Shown here: one piece after another, positions 25,601 to 39,300 of the stretch
Layout: the number at the start of each line of letters is the position of its first letter
Numbering within the stretch: the stretch's first letter is position 1
Source: Yuukianura sp. NJ FZ-2021
Lineage: Eukaryota
DNA: 64,000 nt
Assembly (NCBI GenBank): GCA_046563655.1
Contig: CM102287.1
Coordinates: 4,588,001 to 4,652,000, forward strand
Direction of reading: 5' to 3'
The notes under the pieces: model-generated
What the model saw: the letters and a program-made list of their open reading frames with translations, nothing else
Told to the model about the DNA's origin: nothing
The model's database searches: none
Translations under genes and position numbers: made by a program

Positions 25601-28600
25601 TTATCGTCCCCTCCAAAACATCTTATGCCTAAGTGCTCTCGTTAACTTTTCAATTCTCATCAAAAATGACAGAAGAAGGACCAGAGCCCTTCACTTTTAC
25701 GACGCCAATAGCACCAGGAGTCCCACCGTCCGGAGCCCCACCGTGGGACTCCGTCTGTCCAAAAAGACAAAGTTAAGGGCTCACCAGAGATTTGTGGCGA
25801 GGCCAAAGAAGTAAGTGAGGATGAACGTAAGGGCACAGGATGAAGGGACGGAGCCCTTGGCTGCCAACAGTTCAAGTCCTGATGCCTTATCTGGGAAGCA
25901 CGAGAAGGACATGGTCGTTCCAATTATCGTTCCCAGGCCAAACATCATCTGGCAGAAGGCGATATACAGAATTGGTCGTTCAGCGATACTCAACTTCTGT
26001 TCAAACAATTCACAAAAAATGATCATTAGTTCAAGGATTAACGACTTTTTAAAACATTTTCAAAATCTTCTCAAGATCTTTTCAAAAATGACACTCACAG
26101 AAGATCGAAATCCAAGAACGAGTGCAATTGAAGCTGAAACGAGTGATAGGATGGCCCACGGCAGAGTATAATTCCGTACAAAGTCCATTTCTGCTTTTTT
26201 GAACAAACTTGACCCGTCGTCTTGTTCTGTCGGACACTTTTTCCAGCATTGACCTTTGGACCAAACACGGTTCGGTCCGACACATTCCGTTACCGATACC
26301 GGCGGTTCGTCACGGTTTCTTCCCGAATCAAGTCTCGTTTCGCCGGAAACTCTCGGAATTTTCGGATTCTGCGGTACAACTTCTTCCGGTATTCTCAGAA
26401 TCACTGGTGATTTGACTCTTTCCTTTGGTGGTATAGCCGGTGACCTCCCGTGACCCGTATCCATCGGCCCCGGAATGCACATATGCTGATGATTATTCTC
26501 AGGATGGAACTTTGAACAGTCCAGAGACGGTGGCCACTTGAAACCGAATTCTGTCAACACGGGTTCACAATTGCGCCGAACAGATTCACAGAGAGATCGA
26601 CACGGACCTGAAAAAGACAAAAAAAAATCTGAAAATTCCAATTCATGCAATTCCCAATTCCGCTCACGTATTGCTTTTTTCTATTGCAATAAATTACGTT
26701 ACCAATTGGCTCTGGCGTCTTATCCGTGCACATTGGAGCATGAGATGAACAGAGAAAAAGTTTGAGATGCTGAGAACATCCGTATCTGCAAGACAAAAGA
26801 AGTTTAACATAAAAAAAGAACAATAGAATCTTCACAGATTATTGAACTGTAGGAAGGAGGCATTTTGATAAAAATCTTTCATCATTCCGCAATCACTCAG
26901 ACGAAAAATTCTATTGTCTTTTGCATTCGTTTTTTCTATAATTAGACCATCATCTGCATCATCTCTCACTCTCAACCAAATCTTGAATTTTTCGGATTGT
27001 TTTTGAAGAATCTCTCAACTAAATCTTGAATTTTCTCGATTGTTTCCGAATTTTTGTATTCGTCTCTCAACTGAATCTTCGTTCTGATTGTTTTAGTTTT
27101 CGATTCATCTCAACAAATTTTGAATTTTATTTTCCCCATTCTTTCAAATTTTTCCAACTTCCTGAAAGCCTCCCACTGGTGAGTATGTAAAAATACATAA
27201 AAATATAAAAATATATTATTCTAAAATATATTTTAAAAAACCAATGACACATGAAATGAGACACTTACTGAATGAGCGGCGTAAACGTTTGAAGCAGTGC
27301 ATCCGCATCTGCCTGAGCATCATGACCAACCAAATTTGGCATTGTCGTTTCGTTATAGCCCAACTCCATGCACATTCCTGTAAAAAAGTAAAATAAAATG
27401 AAAATTTCGAGAAACAGCTTCCCATGTTTTAAACACGCGTTTTGTCAAAACTGTTTGTTAAACTTTTGCATTTTCCAATTTAAAAATTCTTTTTGTAGAT
27501 TCTTTTTAACAATCCAGAGAACTCCAAAAAACTTGACCAATTTTTTCATTACTTCCTTATAAAACGCTCCCCTAATTTCTCCATTTCTATTCACAGATTC
27601 TTTGTAAAGCCCCACAAAGGAACTTTTGTTCCCACAATTTTTATGAAAGAGAATAAAATTCTTTCTTTTCATAAAATCCGAGCCTGTTAAACTGCATTGG
27701 CGGCTTGGAAGAAATAACAGCTCCACTGCTTTAACAGAGGAAGTTGTGAATTAATTTTGATGATTTCGTAATTGAGTGTTGGACTGAAATCGTGTGTGGA
27801 CATACTTAGGGAAAAGATGCGGACAAAACAAAACAAACACAATGGAAAATTGGCCCTTAGTGTAAAGCGCAGGCGCAGCGTCTGCGCAAAGCCTGAATTC
27901 AGTGTAGCTCCTCCCCTTACATTCCCTTACTCCATGCTGTTTTGTTCTTTGTTCTTATTCTTCCACGTTAAACTTTAACTTAAGTGAAGTGTTGAATATT
28001 TTATATGATATATTAATTAATTACTATATTACATTATAATATTATATGTATCATATTATATTGTAACGTTATAAACTTTATAAAATCTCATGCTATAAAT
28101 ACAACGACATTTATAATAATATATTAGTATTAATAATAATACATATTAATTATATAATTTAATTATAATAAGTATAACATTATAATGTAATACAAAATGT
28201 TATTATATAAATGTAATCACTCTTCTATTTATTATATATAATATATAATATTCAACACTGCACTTAGATTTTAATTATTTTAGTGTTATTGTACCAAAAA
28301 ACGAACAAAAAAACTCATCAATTTTGATTAAAAAAAACGAAATCCCCATCACCCCCAATATCCCCACCTCCGAGCCTGGGTAAAACCCCAATAATCCCCA
28401 TCCCCGTCCCCAGTGGGGAGGGGGTAAGGAATACACTGAATTGAGTGTTGGACTGAAATCGTGTGTGGACATACTTAGGGAAAAGATGCGGACAAAACAA
28501 AACAAACACAATGGAAAATTGGCCCTTATTATATAAAAAACCGAAAGTCAAAGAAGCAAAAGATTCTCAAAAAAAAAGATTTACAAAAAATCTTTTTACT

Positions 28601-30740
28601 AGTTTCTGCTTTACAAAACATACAACAATTGCAATAAAAAGTGACTTTTATACCTTCACCACCTAATTTTCTCTTCCACAAAATACCAGTTTCAAAGACT
28701 TCCAGTCTCTTTATGCACAACTGCATAATCACAATCATTTCACCAAAATCATCAAATTTCGAATTCCAAAAACTTCAAAAAAAGCCGATCCGAAAAACGA
28801 AAAACCCGATTTTCATGTCAACTCTAAATCAATTCCGTTCACTTCTGTTAAATAACGCACTTTCAAATTCGATAATCGAATTATCGTTTTATCGAAACTT
28901 CGATAAACAATTTTTTCCATCGGAAATCTGAAAATCAAATTCAATGCCGCATTAATTAATGCTACCACAATTCTGCCGCCTTGATTTCACAAAAAGAGTT
29001 CAAAGGACTACCGAAACTTGAAATTGCAATTTACTCAAATTGGAATTGATTCGGAGATGATCAGAGATAGGCAAAACGGCAAAAGCAGTTGCAAAAATTT
29101 CACCCCAGTCAAACCACAATAATTGGCGCAATAATCCACAATCTCACGACTTTGTATTATAAAAATTGCTAAAAAGATTGTCCATTAGGATTCGCATTTA
29201 ACAAAGAAAAAAAGTGATGGAAGCCGATAGCCAATGGTCGTTAAATTTAATAGTTACTCCCTCAGCTCGTCATTTTCCTAACTGCTAAACTCGAAGTCGA
29301 AGAAACGTGACTTTTCGATATAATTTTTCCTAAACGTTGCTGGTGCTGCTGGCTGAGAAAACAAGGTGTGTTGAAAAATGTTGTAAGCTGTTAGACTTTA
29401 GCCAAGTTCCTGACAAGGAGCTAATCGAAAGGTAAACAGAGTTGGAAGACAAATAACAAGTCCACAAGCTTACTACTCTTCAGTCAGCCCTCGTTGTTAT
29501 TTTGGCAGCTGTAGAATCTCTGGTTTATTTTAAGTCTCTTCACGATCTACTAGTCAAGACACACTCCGCCAAACTTTCCCTGGAACATGCACCATAAAAA
29601 CCAAAAAACGAAAAAAAAAACGACGAACTTGTCAAAATTTTGACTCAATATGCCCATGAATCAAGGCTAAAACGGAGTTTAGAAGGAACATCGACATTTG
29701 AAATGTGGAATGTGTCAAGGAGTTGGGTGTAAACATGCGGTTTACATTATGAACTTTCTACAACCATGCATGTCCTCCCCCACACACTTCAAAAAACGAC
29801 GACTGTCATCTCTCCAGAAATTTTGAAAAAAGATGTTCAAGCATGTTTGAAAAACAAGGTTTTTAAAAAAGAGAAATTAGGGCCGACAGAGGAGGAGATG
29901 AGCAGCGGAGCAGAGAGGAAATGGGATATTTTGAAAGATCAGAATCTCCATTTTTCCAGTTCATCTTTCATCTTTCTTCCCACAAAAATTCCTTTTCTGG
30001 AACAACCACGACTTAAACAACCCGATATGCTGTGGAGATGGGACAGACACTTATGAAAACCACAAAGTTTTAGAGATCATATCCTTAGAGAACCTAAAAT
30101 TATGAACCTAACTTGGTAAAATATGAAATTTCGAAACAAAAAACGAAAAACAAAACCAGCATTGATGATCGTTCTGAGAATTTGAAAATCAACAGGAAGT
30201 CACGTACGAATGCTTCTAAAAATCTTCTCCCCCATTCACTACCCCCTACTGAAAGTTCCACGTTCTAAATATGCCGTTAATCAGAGGATACTTAACGTCG
30301 TTGACTTTAACTTCTGTTCATTCAAGGAGTTAACTTTGGTTATTGACAATTTAGATCAACTCGGCATTCGGAAAAGAACAATGAACTTTGACCTTACCGA
30401 TTTTGATGGGTTCACAGCCTCCTTGTGACGACGATGGATGAAGATGATGATCCACGAGTGAGATCGTATCGAGTCCACTGTTGTGAAACGATGAACCAAA
30501 TGATGATGATGATGACCCCGGAAAAGAATCATCGAATCCCTCCAGGTCGTGTCCATGTCCTTCCTCTTCTTCTTCCAGATCATGATGGATGATTCCGAAG
30601 GGAGGTGATGGAGGTTGAGATCTTTGTTGTTGTAAAGTGGTCCAAGTAGTTTCAACTAGATCACTCACCATTACCATAATTAGCACTGTAACTGTCCATC
30701 TACTCAACCAATACACACTTTTGGATGACCGTTGACCCAT
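22698..30740 (-). CDS. fz4: Frizzled receptor, Frizzled-4 class, divergent transmembrane/cytoplasmic part
   Basis: [68 protein letters not shown]...[34 protein letters not shown] is typical of Fz4. Other motifs: [23 protein letters not shown], and PDZ-binding end TETIV*. Exons 30398-30740, 27269-27377, 26703-26785, 26099-26607, 25785-25996, 24630-24819, 23936-24343, 23514-23634, 22698-23098. Confidence 0.9.
23108..23185. repeat. 21-bp-period tandem repeat at the 3' end of the last Frizzled intron
   Basis: Four imperfect copies of (c)acaaaataaatttga..cgt. Confidence 0.6.
27770..28528. mobile_element. Foldback/MITE-like insertion (27860-28438) flanked by a perfect 90-bp direct repeat
   Basis: 27770-27859 is identical to 28439-28528. 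Inside are nested inverted repeats: aattcagtgta (27896) / tacactgaatt (28432), taagtgaagtgttgaatat (27981) / atattcaacactgcactta (28248), tattacattataat (28027) / attataatgtaata (28179). The core is AT-rich. Confidence 0.7.
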
Positions 30741-31319
30741 TTTGAATGAACTCACTGATGGAGACAAAGGACGAAAACAAAATGGCGACAATCACAAAAA
30801 CAAACACATTCTCCTCCTTTCAAAAGTTTCGTTTTCCCGGCTACGATGAAAAGATGATGTTCGTTGTCTCATACAGAATGAAATGGAAGATGACTGCCAC
30901 ACACTCTTGTTGTTAATTAGTTTTAGTAGTTAGCAAGTTAGTCACTTTGATTAATGTTAGACAATTGTTACTTTCTAATTGGGAAACTGTTGAGTGATTG
31001 ATGAACGAGAGAAAGCGAACCTACCCCTTCGAACTCTGGCAAAAGACTGGAGGAGAGGGAGAGAGGGAGATTCGATGACTCTCCTATTGCACTTCAATTT
31101 ATTCACCTGGTTGAAGTCAACCAAAGTTGTATACATTGTAACCACGCTAGGATAAAGTGGTAAATGGTGAATTCTAATTGAACAATATGAGATGATACAT
31201 ATTTTTAACAACTTAAATATTTAATAAATATTTTTTAAAAAATTGAAAGACTTTTCTTTTCAATACCGGGAAAATTAAATGTTTGAAATTTTGTGGTGTT
31301 GAATAGAATTATCAGTAAC

Positions 31320-31575
31320 ATGCATTATCCAGGAAATTTTTTCGTACTCAATGCGATTAGCAAGGTCTAATACTAGTAAAAAGAAATTTTTATCGTATTC
31401 AAGGGGATTACCAAGTTAATTTTTTAGTACTGAAACTGAAGCGGATCAGCAAACAGTATTATCCAGCAATTTTTTTTGATACTCTAGGGCATTCGTCAAG
31501 TCTAATATCTGAGAAATTGTTTTGGTACTCAAGATTAGATTAGCAAGGCCTAATACTTGTCTGGGAAATTTTTTG
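31320..31575. repeat. Degenerate tandem repeat, unit about 45-55 bp
   Basis: Recurring consensus like 'gaaattttttcgtactcaa..gattagcaaggtctaata', about 5 diverged copies. Confidence 0.6.
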
Positions 31576-32022
31576 GTAAAAAAAATATTTCTTGGTTAAA
31601 AAAATATATTTTTTGGTTTTAAAAATATGTTGTTTCTGTTTCTAAATTTTTTTGAATCTTACCCTGTTATCGATGTATATCTTAAAAACCTGTTTTTCTT
31701 TGTTTACAATTGAACTATGTCCTTAAAAGAAAATTAAAGCGATGGTCACAATGGATACAGAATTGGGTGACTTCAACCTTTCACCCTCTCGACGCCGCCA
31801 TTTGATTGGATGTGGCGGGAATCACAAATTTCAAAACAAATCGTATTTTAATTAAACACCTTTATGGTCAGTTTTTGAAATAAAATTATAACTAAAACTA
31901 AATTAAACAATAAATATAACATTTCGTACGAAAAATTCCGGATTTGATCAGCCATAGGTTGATTCCTTAGCAGCGAGTACCCTTTTCCTTCCTTATGCAT
32001 CGCTTGGCCTCTTCTGTTTCGC

Positions 32023-34452
32023 TTAGTGAATAGTGACACGTTGAACCATTTGGGTCACCGCTTCTTCCAGACCATACGCCTCCTTTTCCAAGGCTAAAGC
32101 AACCGATTCAGGCATCCTAACAGGCAAACAGTATTTCATCAATTGACAATTGAATACAGATATCATTTAACATAAGATCATCAATACTCTTAACCATCTT
32201 CGTCGCCATTGTGATTTTGAACTTTTTGAAAGCTTACTTTCCCTGTAGTTCTTTCATTCTAGCTTGAAGTAATCGAGATTCAGTAAGGAGTTCCTTGATT
32301 TCAGTGCTGCTTGGCTGTAAACACGGCTGAGGTTGAGGAGCACCGTGGCCACCGTGGCTGTGCGGTTGAAGACTAAAATGTCGTGGATGTGGTGCCCTCA
32401 ACTGTTGGTACTGGAGAGGGGGAAATCCATTTGCAGTATTAGGTGGTAGACACCGTGGTAGTAGTTGTTGTTGTGGTGAGAAATATTGCTCCGGGGGAGG
32501 AGGTGGCATGAGGGGTATTGACGGTGGGGCCATTGCCGTATTGTTTCGATTGCCCATCGAAGCACCTAGTATTGCCTGTTGTTGTGAGTTCCTGCGTCGC
32601 TGCTGCTGGGAGTTATGGCTTTGCTTGGTCTTGGAGGCAGTGAACTTGAATAAACCCAGAAGGACGCAATGGACTGCTTCCACAATTTGGTTGACATAAG
32701 ACCATGGTAGAGGTGGTGAATCTGTAGAATAACATAGCATTTAACTAATTTTTGATTAATTGATTACTTTAAGCTAATTAACGACTAATCACCTGGAAGG
32801 ATTTCAATGGATGCCAACATTTGAAACTTTGGATGGATGGAGAGAAAGAAGTTTGTATCCTCAGAGTCAGACAGCCTTTGAATTGTTACAAGAAATTCTG
32901 TTGTCATCTGGAGAAACGTCTGCGGAGCCTGGAGCTTGTCGATGATACTTTGCATCTAAAAAGTATGAAAAGTTGAAAGCATATGAGGACAATCAAGTAA
33001 GAACAAACATCAAAGCAGTGAGCAACTTGTACTAAAATGGATTTATACTCACATGTGGTTTATGATTGCTATCACCATAAAGAATAGAAGACCACTGCTC
33101 AGGTGAAACTGGAAAAACAAAGTTTACATGTTGGAAATGTATAGAGTCAGATTCAGTATAAAATTCTAAAGTTCAATAAGCAACTTACACCGAATACCGC
33201 ACTCGAGAGCAATTTTAACAATTTGTGCATCGTGTTCTCTCCGTAGGGATTCGTAGTTCCTGTATTCTGGACGAAGTGTCATCAATGAAGAGGCTTCAAG
33301 TCGCTTCGTAACGTCGAAACACGAAGCTCGATACAAAAGTTGAATGACGTGTCCAATTGACGTCTTGGATGCCTACAAACGTCAGTGTCAATTACAACAT
33401 TCATTTCTTTCAAAAAACACAACTAACAGAATTCATTCTAACCTGTGGAAATTGCGGTGCGAGTCTTTGAACGACGAACATGACGAGAACTTTTCGAGAA
33501 AGTGGTGAACCGTCTTCAAGGGCTAAAAGTACGAGCTTGAGCGCTTCTTCCTGAGTGGCTGGACCCATAAATTGACAAGCTCGAGATCGAATTGCACCCT
33601 GTACGTTGGTTTAAATGTTGCTAAATTGGCTTGGTTCAAACAGTAATTGCAAGGTCAAGAAGATCGCTTACCCATAGCTGCTGCTGCGCGTGGTAATGAC
33701 TTAAATGACTACATGCAGCACAAAGTTCCGTCAATACTCGTTCCCCAATACCTCTCGCAGCTTTACAAATTCGGTTTTGTCCATTGAACGTAAGCGAACA
33801 GATTAAATTTAGCACCTAAAACGTACAGAACATCTTATTTTAGAGCTAAGGAGGAGGCGAGAAGGGAAAAAGAGAATTGACCGGGAGTGGAGTGGCCATT
33901 GGCCAATTACCTTTCTGTGAATAGCACGGGATGACGTGTTCGACTTGAGTAGTAAAGCGATGTCACTCAAACGGTAAATCACGGCACAACAATCTAAAAA
34001 CGAAACAAATGTTGATCTTTTAGGTTCCTGAGACGCAGACGTCATGCTTATTTGAGAAAAGCTAATTTCGATCTAGACTTTACCAGGTTCTAGCAGTGGA
34101 AGTGGTATCATGGGGAACTCCAGAAACGACAGGAGTGCAGCATTCGGTATCGCTTGCGAGTCAGGATGAAGTCTAGCGGCACATCGTCTGTCAAAAAGAA
34201 AATTTAATGAACTTTTTGCAATTTGGTCACTTTTTTGAGTGTTTCATAACAAACTACTAAATACCTGCAAACAGTATGGCCACAATGAAGACCCATGGGT
34301 ACTTTAGCGCTGCAGTCATACTTCCCAAGACATACGGCACAAAAGGAATGATTTTCATTGGTATTGTTCACAGTAGCGGGACATCCACACCAACTGGGGG
34401 GCTGTTGAAGTTGCACTGGACAAGCCGTCATTCCCAGTCGTTCTTCGTTCAT
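32023..34452 (-). CDS. Roquin-like protein (degenerate RING + ROQ domain, truncated C-terminus)
   Basis: ROQ core [78 protein letters not shown]...[50 protein letters not shown]-terminal CAVC...CGHTVCRRC. Ten GT-AG exons from about 34266-34452 to 32023-32117. Confidence 0.9.
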
Positions 34453-35025
34453 CCTCTGTTTTAAGAAACGATAAACTTCAAATCGAAATCGTCATTACCA
34501 CTGATTGATTCTTATTACCGAGATTTGGATTTTCGATGATTTAGTGAAAATTAATGGTAAAAACTTACGTTGTAAAGCAGGCCGAAGTGATCCCGGAACC
34601 AGCAGCAGCAAGGAAGGGGCACGAACAGGAGACAAGGCTCTGATCAGCTGGTTTTCCTTTTCGACCTTTTGTTTGTATGAGGAGTCAAGTTTGAATTTTC
34701 CGCAATTTCGTCATTAAAAATTGTAATTAGAAATTGAGTTGAGCAATTACTTGATAATTCACAAATCACAATGTAAACGATTTATAAACAATAATTTAAT
34801 TTCAGCCAGAAAAGATGAAACAAGAATACAAAAACTGTGGACTAATAAGTCTGTGAGAATGAATGTCATTTAAATCTAAATGGGATTAACAAGGTACCGT
34901 ATAAAGCGCGAGGGAATGTTTGGAATTTAGCGTCATCTTAGGTTCTTATCATCATAATAAATTAACTGAAAACGTAATTATTGAATAAACTATCTTGATA
35001 TTCATTTAAAAGAATTTCTATAGTT

Positions 35026-36049
35026 TTACAACTTATCAATAAGTGTTCCCCTAACACGACTTTTCTTGGCCTCCATGTCGATCTGTGCTTGCTCAATGAG
35101 TTTCCGCTTATTCATTCCCTTCCGCTCCAACTGCTTTTCAATTATACGGGCATTGCTGGCATAAGAATCTGCGACTTCCCTCTGCAAAATTAAATGACAA
35201 GCGTCAAGTTAAAGACAAGCGACAAGTTAAATGACAAGATTTAGCTTTACAACATCCTGTAAAAAGTGCAGGTATTGGAGATAGAAGGAACTTACGGCTT
35301 CAATTTCATCCTCTTCTTCGTCCACTGTGGACACGGTGACAGAGCTGAACTTGCCCATGTTTTTCTATAAAACCAGAACGAGATGCAAAATGAAAAGAAC
35401 CTAAGATGACACACTACAAACAAAAGTTATGAATTGAGTGTTTAGAGATCACTTACCGTATGTTTCGTCACCATGATTGGTTTATGTTCTTGGACGACAG
35501 CAACTTGTTTGTAGATGTTGTCCACTCCTAATGTGCCTTCCCCACTCTTTGTCAGAGCTCCTCGGACGATAAAGACGATGTTCCCAACGATGCTGTTCAT
35601 GTAATATAGCAGTAACGCACATCTGCAAAGACAAAAAAGTGTCGGAATAAAATGTCAACTAATACCCTCTGCCAGCTCTGCCCTGAGATGACGACATGTC
35701 AATTACCGTTTGCATTTGAGTCGATGTTGCTTTTCAATGCCTTCTTCCCTTTTCAGAAACACTGTTTCATCTGGATCAGCTGTGATTTTATGTGCATGTT
35801 TACTTCCGTCGATTACTCTCGCTCCATCACGTTTCCGCAGTGGAAGATTCTCTAATGGTGAATCTATAAAATGACATGAAACGTTATTAAAAACATAAAT
35901 CCACCACTTAAATTAACCTTAACCTTACCTATGATTAACGCCATTTGTCCACACAAACAGTAGTAGGTCAAAAGTGGTTTGTCACCCGAATACTCCTCTT
36001 GGTCTCGAGTATCCGAGCAAACGATACTTCTGGACACAACTTTAGGCAT
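35026..36049 (-). CDS. STEEP1: STING ER exit protein / CXorf56 (UPF0428) homolog
   Basis: [39 protein letters not shown]..., [46 protein letters not shown]..., end GTLIDKL*. Exons 35929-36049, 35707-35863, 35457-35622, 35296-35364, 35026-35181. Confidence 0.95.
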
Positions 36050-36384
36050 CGCAGTCAAGTCGGCAATTAATCAGTTAAAAAAGTTAAACACTACGAAAAA
36101 CGAAACCAATGTGAATTAATCGTAACTTCTTCATTTTGTGTACTGATTTCCTATCCCTTTGGTTTTCACCAATTGTCGGCAGACTCTGTTCTGCTCAAGC
36201 CCTCTCCGCTCACCTAAAGATGACAACAATAAAAAACTGTTCAAGTGAGTCTGAACGTTCCGCTTGCTTTTATTGCAGTCAATTTAAAATTTTGAGTCAG
36301 TCGTTACGAAATTTAGAATCTTCACATTAAAAACGTTTTCGAATTTTGTAAATTCGTTGGACCTGGAGCCTCATGCTTCCAGAC

Positions 36385-39300
36385 TCACCAACGCCATCGG
36401 GGTTTGGGTGGTGGGCCGTGTGACATTTTGCGACTTCCATTTCCGGGTTGCTTCCGGGCAATTTTGCTCATCGCGCGTTTCGGAAGTTGCGATGGAGCAC
36501 ATTCTTCCTTCTGAACTGGAACTGGTGGCCAGGGGAACTCCTCCTTCAACGCTGGAATTGGCGGCAGCAGACAGTTAGCATTCTGATCCTCAACAGGCTT
36601 TACAGGACATGTCTCCTCTCCTTCTCGAAATTTTGGCAGTGAACAACTTTCGTTCAAAACGTGAGGCTGCTGTGGACTGTCTTCCTTGAATTCTGGCTCC
36701 TTCTGTCGTGAGTTTCCTCCCATGCGAGCTGGAACTGGTGGCGGTGGACACTCCTGTTTCGGCTCCTCCGAAATCTAAAAAAGAAAAAATAACTTTGGTA
36801 AACACTTTCCAATTTAATTTTTCTAAAATTATGCAAAACCTTACCACCTCGTTACTGTTCTGTGGCTCAATGAAGTAAGAATCCGTGAGAGCAGCCAGCT
36901 TCTGAATTTCTGTGGTCAGGTACTCCAAGTCCCGTGGATTTCCGTTGAGGTCTTCAACTAAGGCAGTGAGGTCACTGGGATTGCGCATGTCCACTTCGTC
37001 TCTGGAACTGCACTGAGATTCCCCGAGAATTGGGGTTGCACCAGTACCTTGCAGTCCTTTGAACACTCCTTGTGTCTTATTCAACAAGTTCATTGCCAGC
37101 GCCTAAAAGTATAAGAGAAGTGATTACAAAATCATCAAATTAACCAATTGTTCAAATTTTGAGAAGCTTACACGGCAAGCACTGTTGAAAACAGAAGTGA
37201 TTGGGTTCTCTGATTCCGGAAGTGGCGCTTCCATGAACGCATCTCTCGTCAATTCCACACGATTTGTTGCATCAACGACCGATCCAAGTGAAATACTTGC
37301 CAAATCTTCTTCCTGAACCTGCCCAAGGTCATTACCTCCCGCAGAACTGCTGTCAGAATTTGTCGCCGAGGAAGATGTCGCTGTTGGAGTAGTTGAGACA
37401 GGTGAAGACAAACTTGAAGCTTCAGCTGGTCCTCCCGTAGGATTCAACTCCGTCAAAGCCAAAGAGTTTGGTTGAGTGAGGCTTGCCAAAACTAAAAGAA
37501 AGTCAAATCTAAATGACACGGTTTCATACTTAATACTCAATTATTAATTGGTTTTAATCATACCTGTTTTGCTGCAGTGACGAGCAACTGCATAGCCTTG
37601 CTTCATCACCTCACCGACAGTTTCTGTGAAGGCACAAAACTCATCTTCAAATTGGTACCAAGTTTCCGAGTCTGGCTGGATATCAGTCGTAACGGACGCA
37701 AGACGGCGAAGACGGTTGACAATTTTCTTTCCTCCGTCTCCATCTCCTTCACAAAGCTACAAAATATAAAATTGATAAGTATTTTTTTCAAAAATATATC
37801 AAAATAGAATTGGACATACCCAGTCGATAACATGGTTAATCACAGAGACTGTCTCGGTCGAGATTTCTTTGATTGCTTGGATAGTGTGAAGAGCTTCGTT
37901 ATAAATACTGTGTCGAAGTTGCTGCGGCACGCCAAGAAGTCGCATGACGGAAATCCCGAGTTTTCCTTCTCCTTCCGCCAGTTCTTCTTCTGTATAGTAG
38001 TTATCATCTGAAACAACAATGATAAATAACGAAAATCAGTTCATGAATTGCTTTTTTTAAGATTGTAGAAATTATGGACCAACCAGGAAGAAGAATGTAG
38101 TTGTTCAGGATGTGATCCGCCGTTTGGATGATTGACTTCATTGACTCCCCGGTGTAGGCAACCATAGCAGGAAAATCGAGGTACTCGTCCAACGAAAGCA
38201 GCTTGGTCTCAGGAATACACACGGCATTCTCACTCGACTTTTGTCGCTGGCAATTGTGACGTGACTGAAATGGAATAAAGAAACGCAGTTAGCACATTTT
38301 CAAACAGTTTGATAACAGAAATATAAAGAAATTGAAAAAGTACATGACTTGGGTAACTTACTGGGATGGTTGAAGGAAATTCTGAGGTCGAGTCCACGTC
38401 GTAGCCAATAGCAGGAAGCTGAACGTGTTCAGTGTGACTGGAACCAGCAGTCAAGTCCGACAAAGAATCGCTGTCTGTCTGAATAGCAATCTCGGCTTTT
38501 GGTTTCTTCACGCTTGTTCGAATACGTGGTGGCTTCATTGGTTGAGCATCAAAAAATGGAGGCGGATCCGATCTCCCGCCGTTCAAATACTGTCCCTGTA
38601 ACACAAAACATAAAAATGAAGTTTCAATTCCTGAGAACTTAGAAGAAATTAGGTTTTACCATTGCAAAAGTGAGATTGATATTGATGTTGTTGCGATTGA
38701 CATGATTATTTTGGTTGTCCTCCGTCAGGAAGTTGGAATTCAAGTCGCCGGCTGTTGAATTTGTAACATTGGAGGATCGTTGCTTAGATTCTTGAACGGT
38801 CGCTGGAACGAATGACTGTGTTTGAGGTTTTCCACTGTAAATGTCCTGCATCTGACATGATGGTAACGTCTCCTGAACTGTTTTGAGTTCACAAGGGACC
38901 ACAGACTGCGGAGGAAAAAAACTGTGGAAGCGTGGGAAGCCTTGTGCCAGTTGATCCGAAGGAACGTAAAACGGTGATCCGCCAGGGTAGAATTGGGATT
39001 CGGGTCCAATTGGAGAATAGTTGGCGGCCTGCAATATTTAACAACAATTAGGTTCACAAAAGTCGTAAAACAAACAAAAAGAAGATAAATTATGTATTTG
39101 ATTACCTCTCCGACAATATCCGAATGCCGTTGGACCACATCAAATCGTCTGGACGGAGGAATGACCAGTTTTTCGACTTGATCGTCATCTCCTAGGACAC
39201 AGTTGATTCCAGAGAAGCATTTCTTTGGCATGGAATGAGCTGTAGAAGCGGACTGGCCACGAGTGTTCCCTTCGCCTTCACGTCTCGGTTCCAGTCCAGG

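Noticed and set aside
26970..27130. Degenerate tctctcaact.aatcttgaatttt repeats in a Frizzled intron
   Set aside because: Ordinary decayed minisatellite.
30351..30791. Stand-alone secreted protein ORF
   Set aside because: It ends in CEPIKI-G|gtaagg and splices in frame to the Frizzled CRD exon at 27377, so it is Frizzled exon 1.
31320..31575. Regularly spaced repeats as a CRISPR array
   Set aside because: Units are degenerate along their whole length with no unique spacers, no cas genes are present, and the context is eukaryotic.
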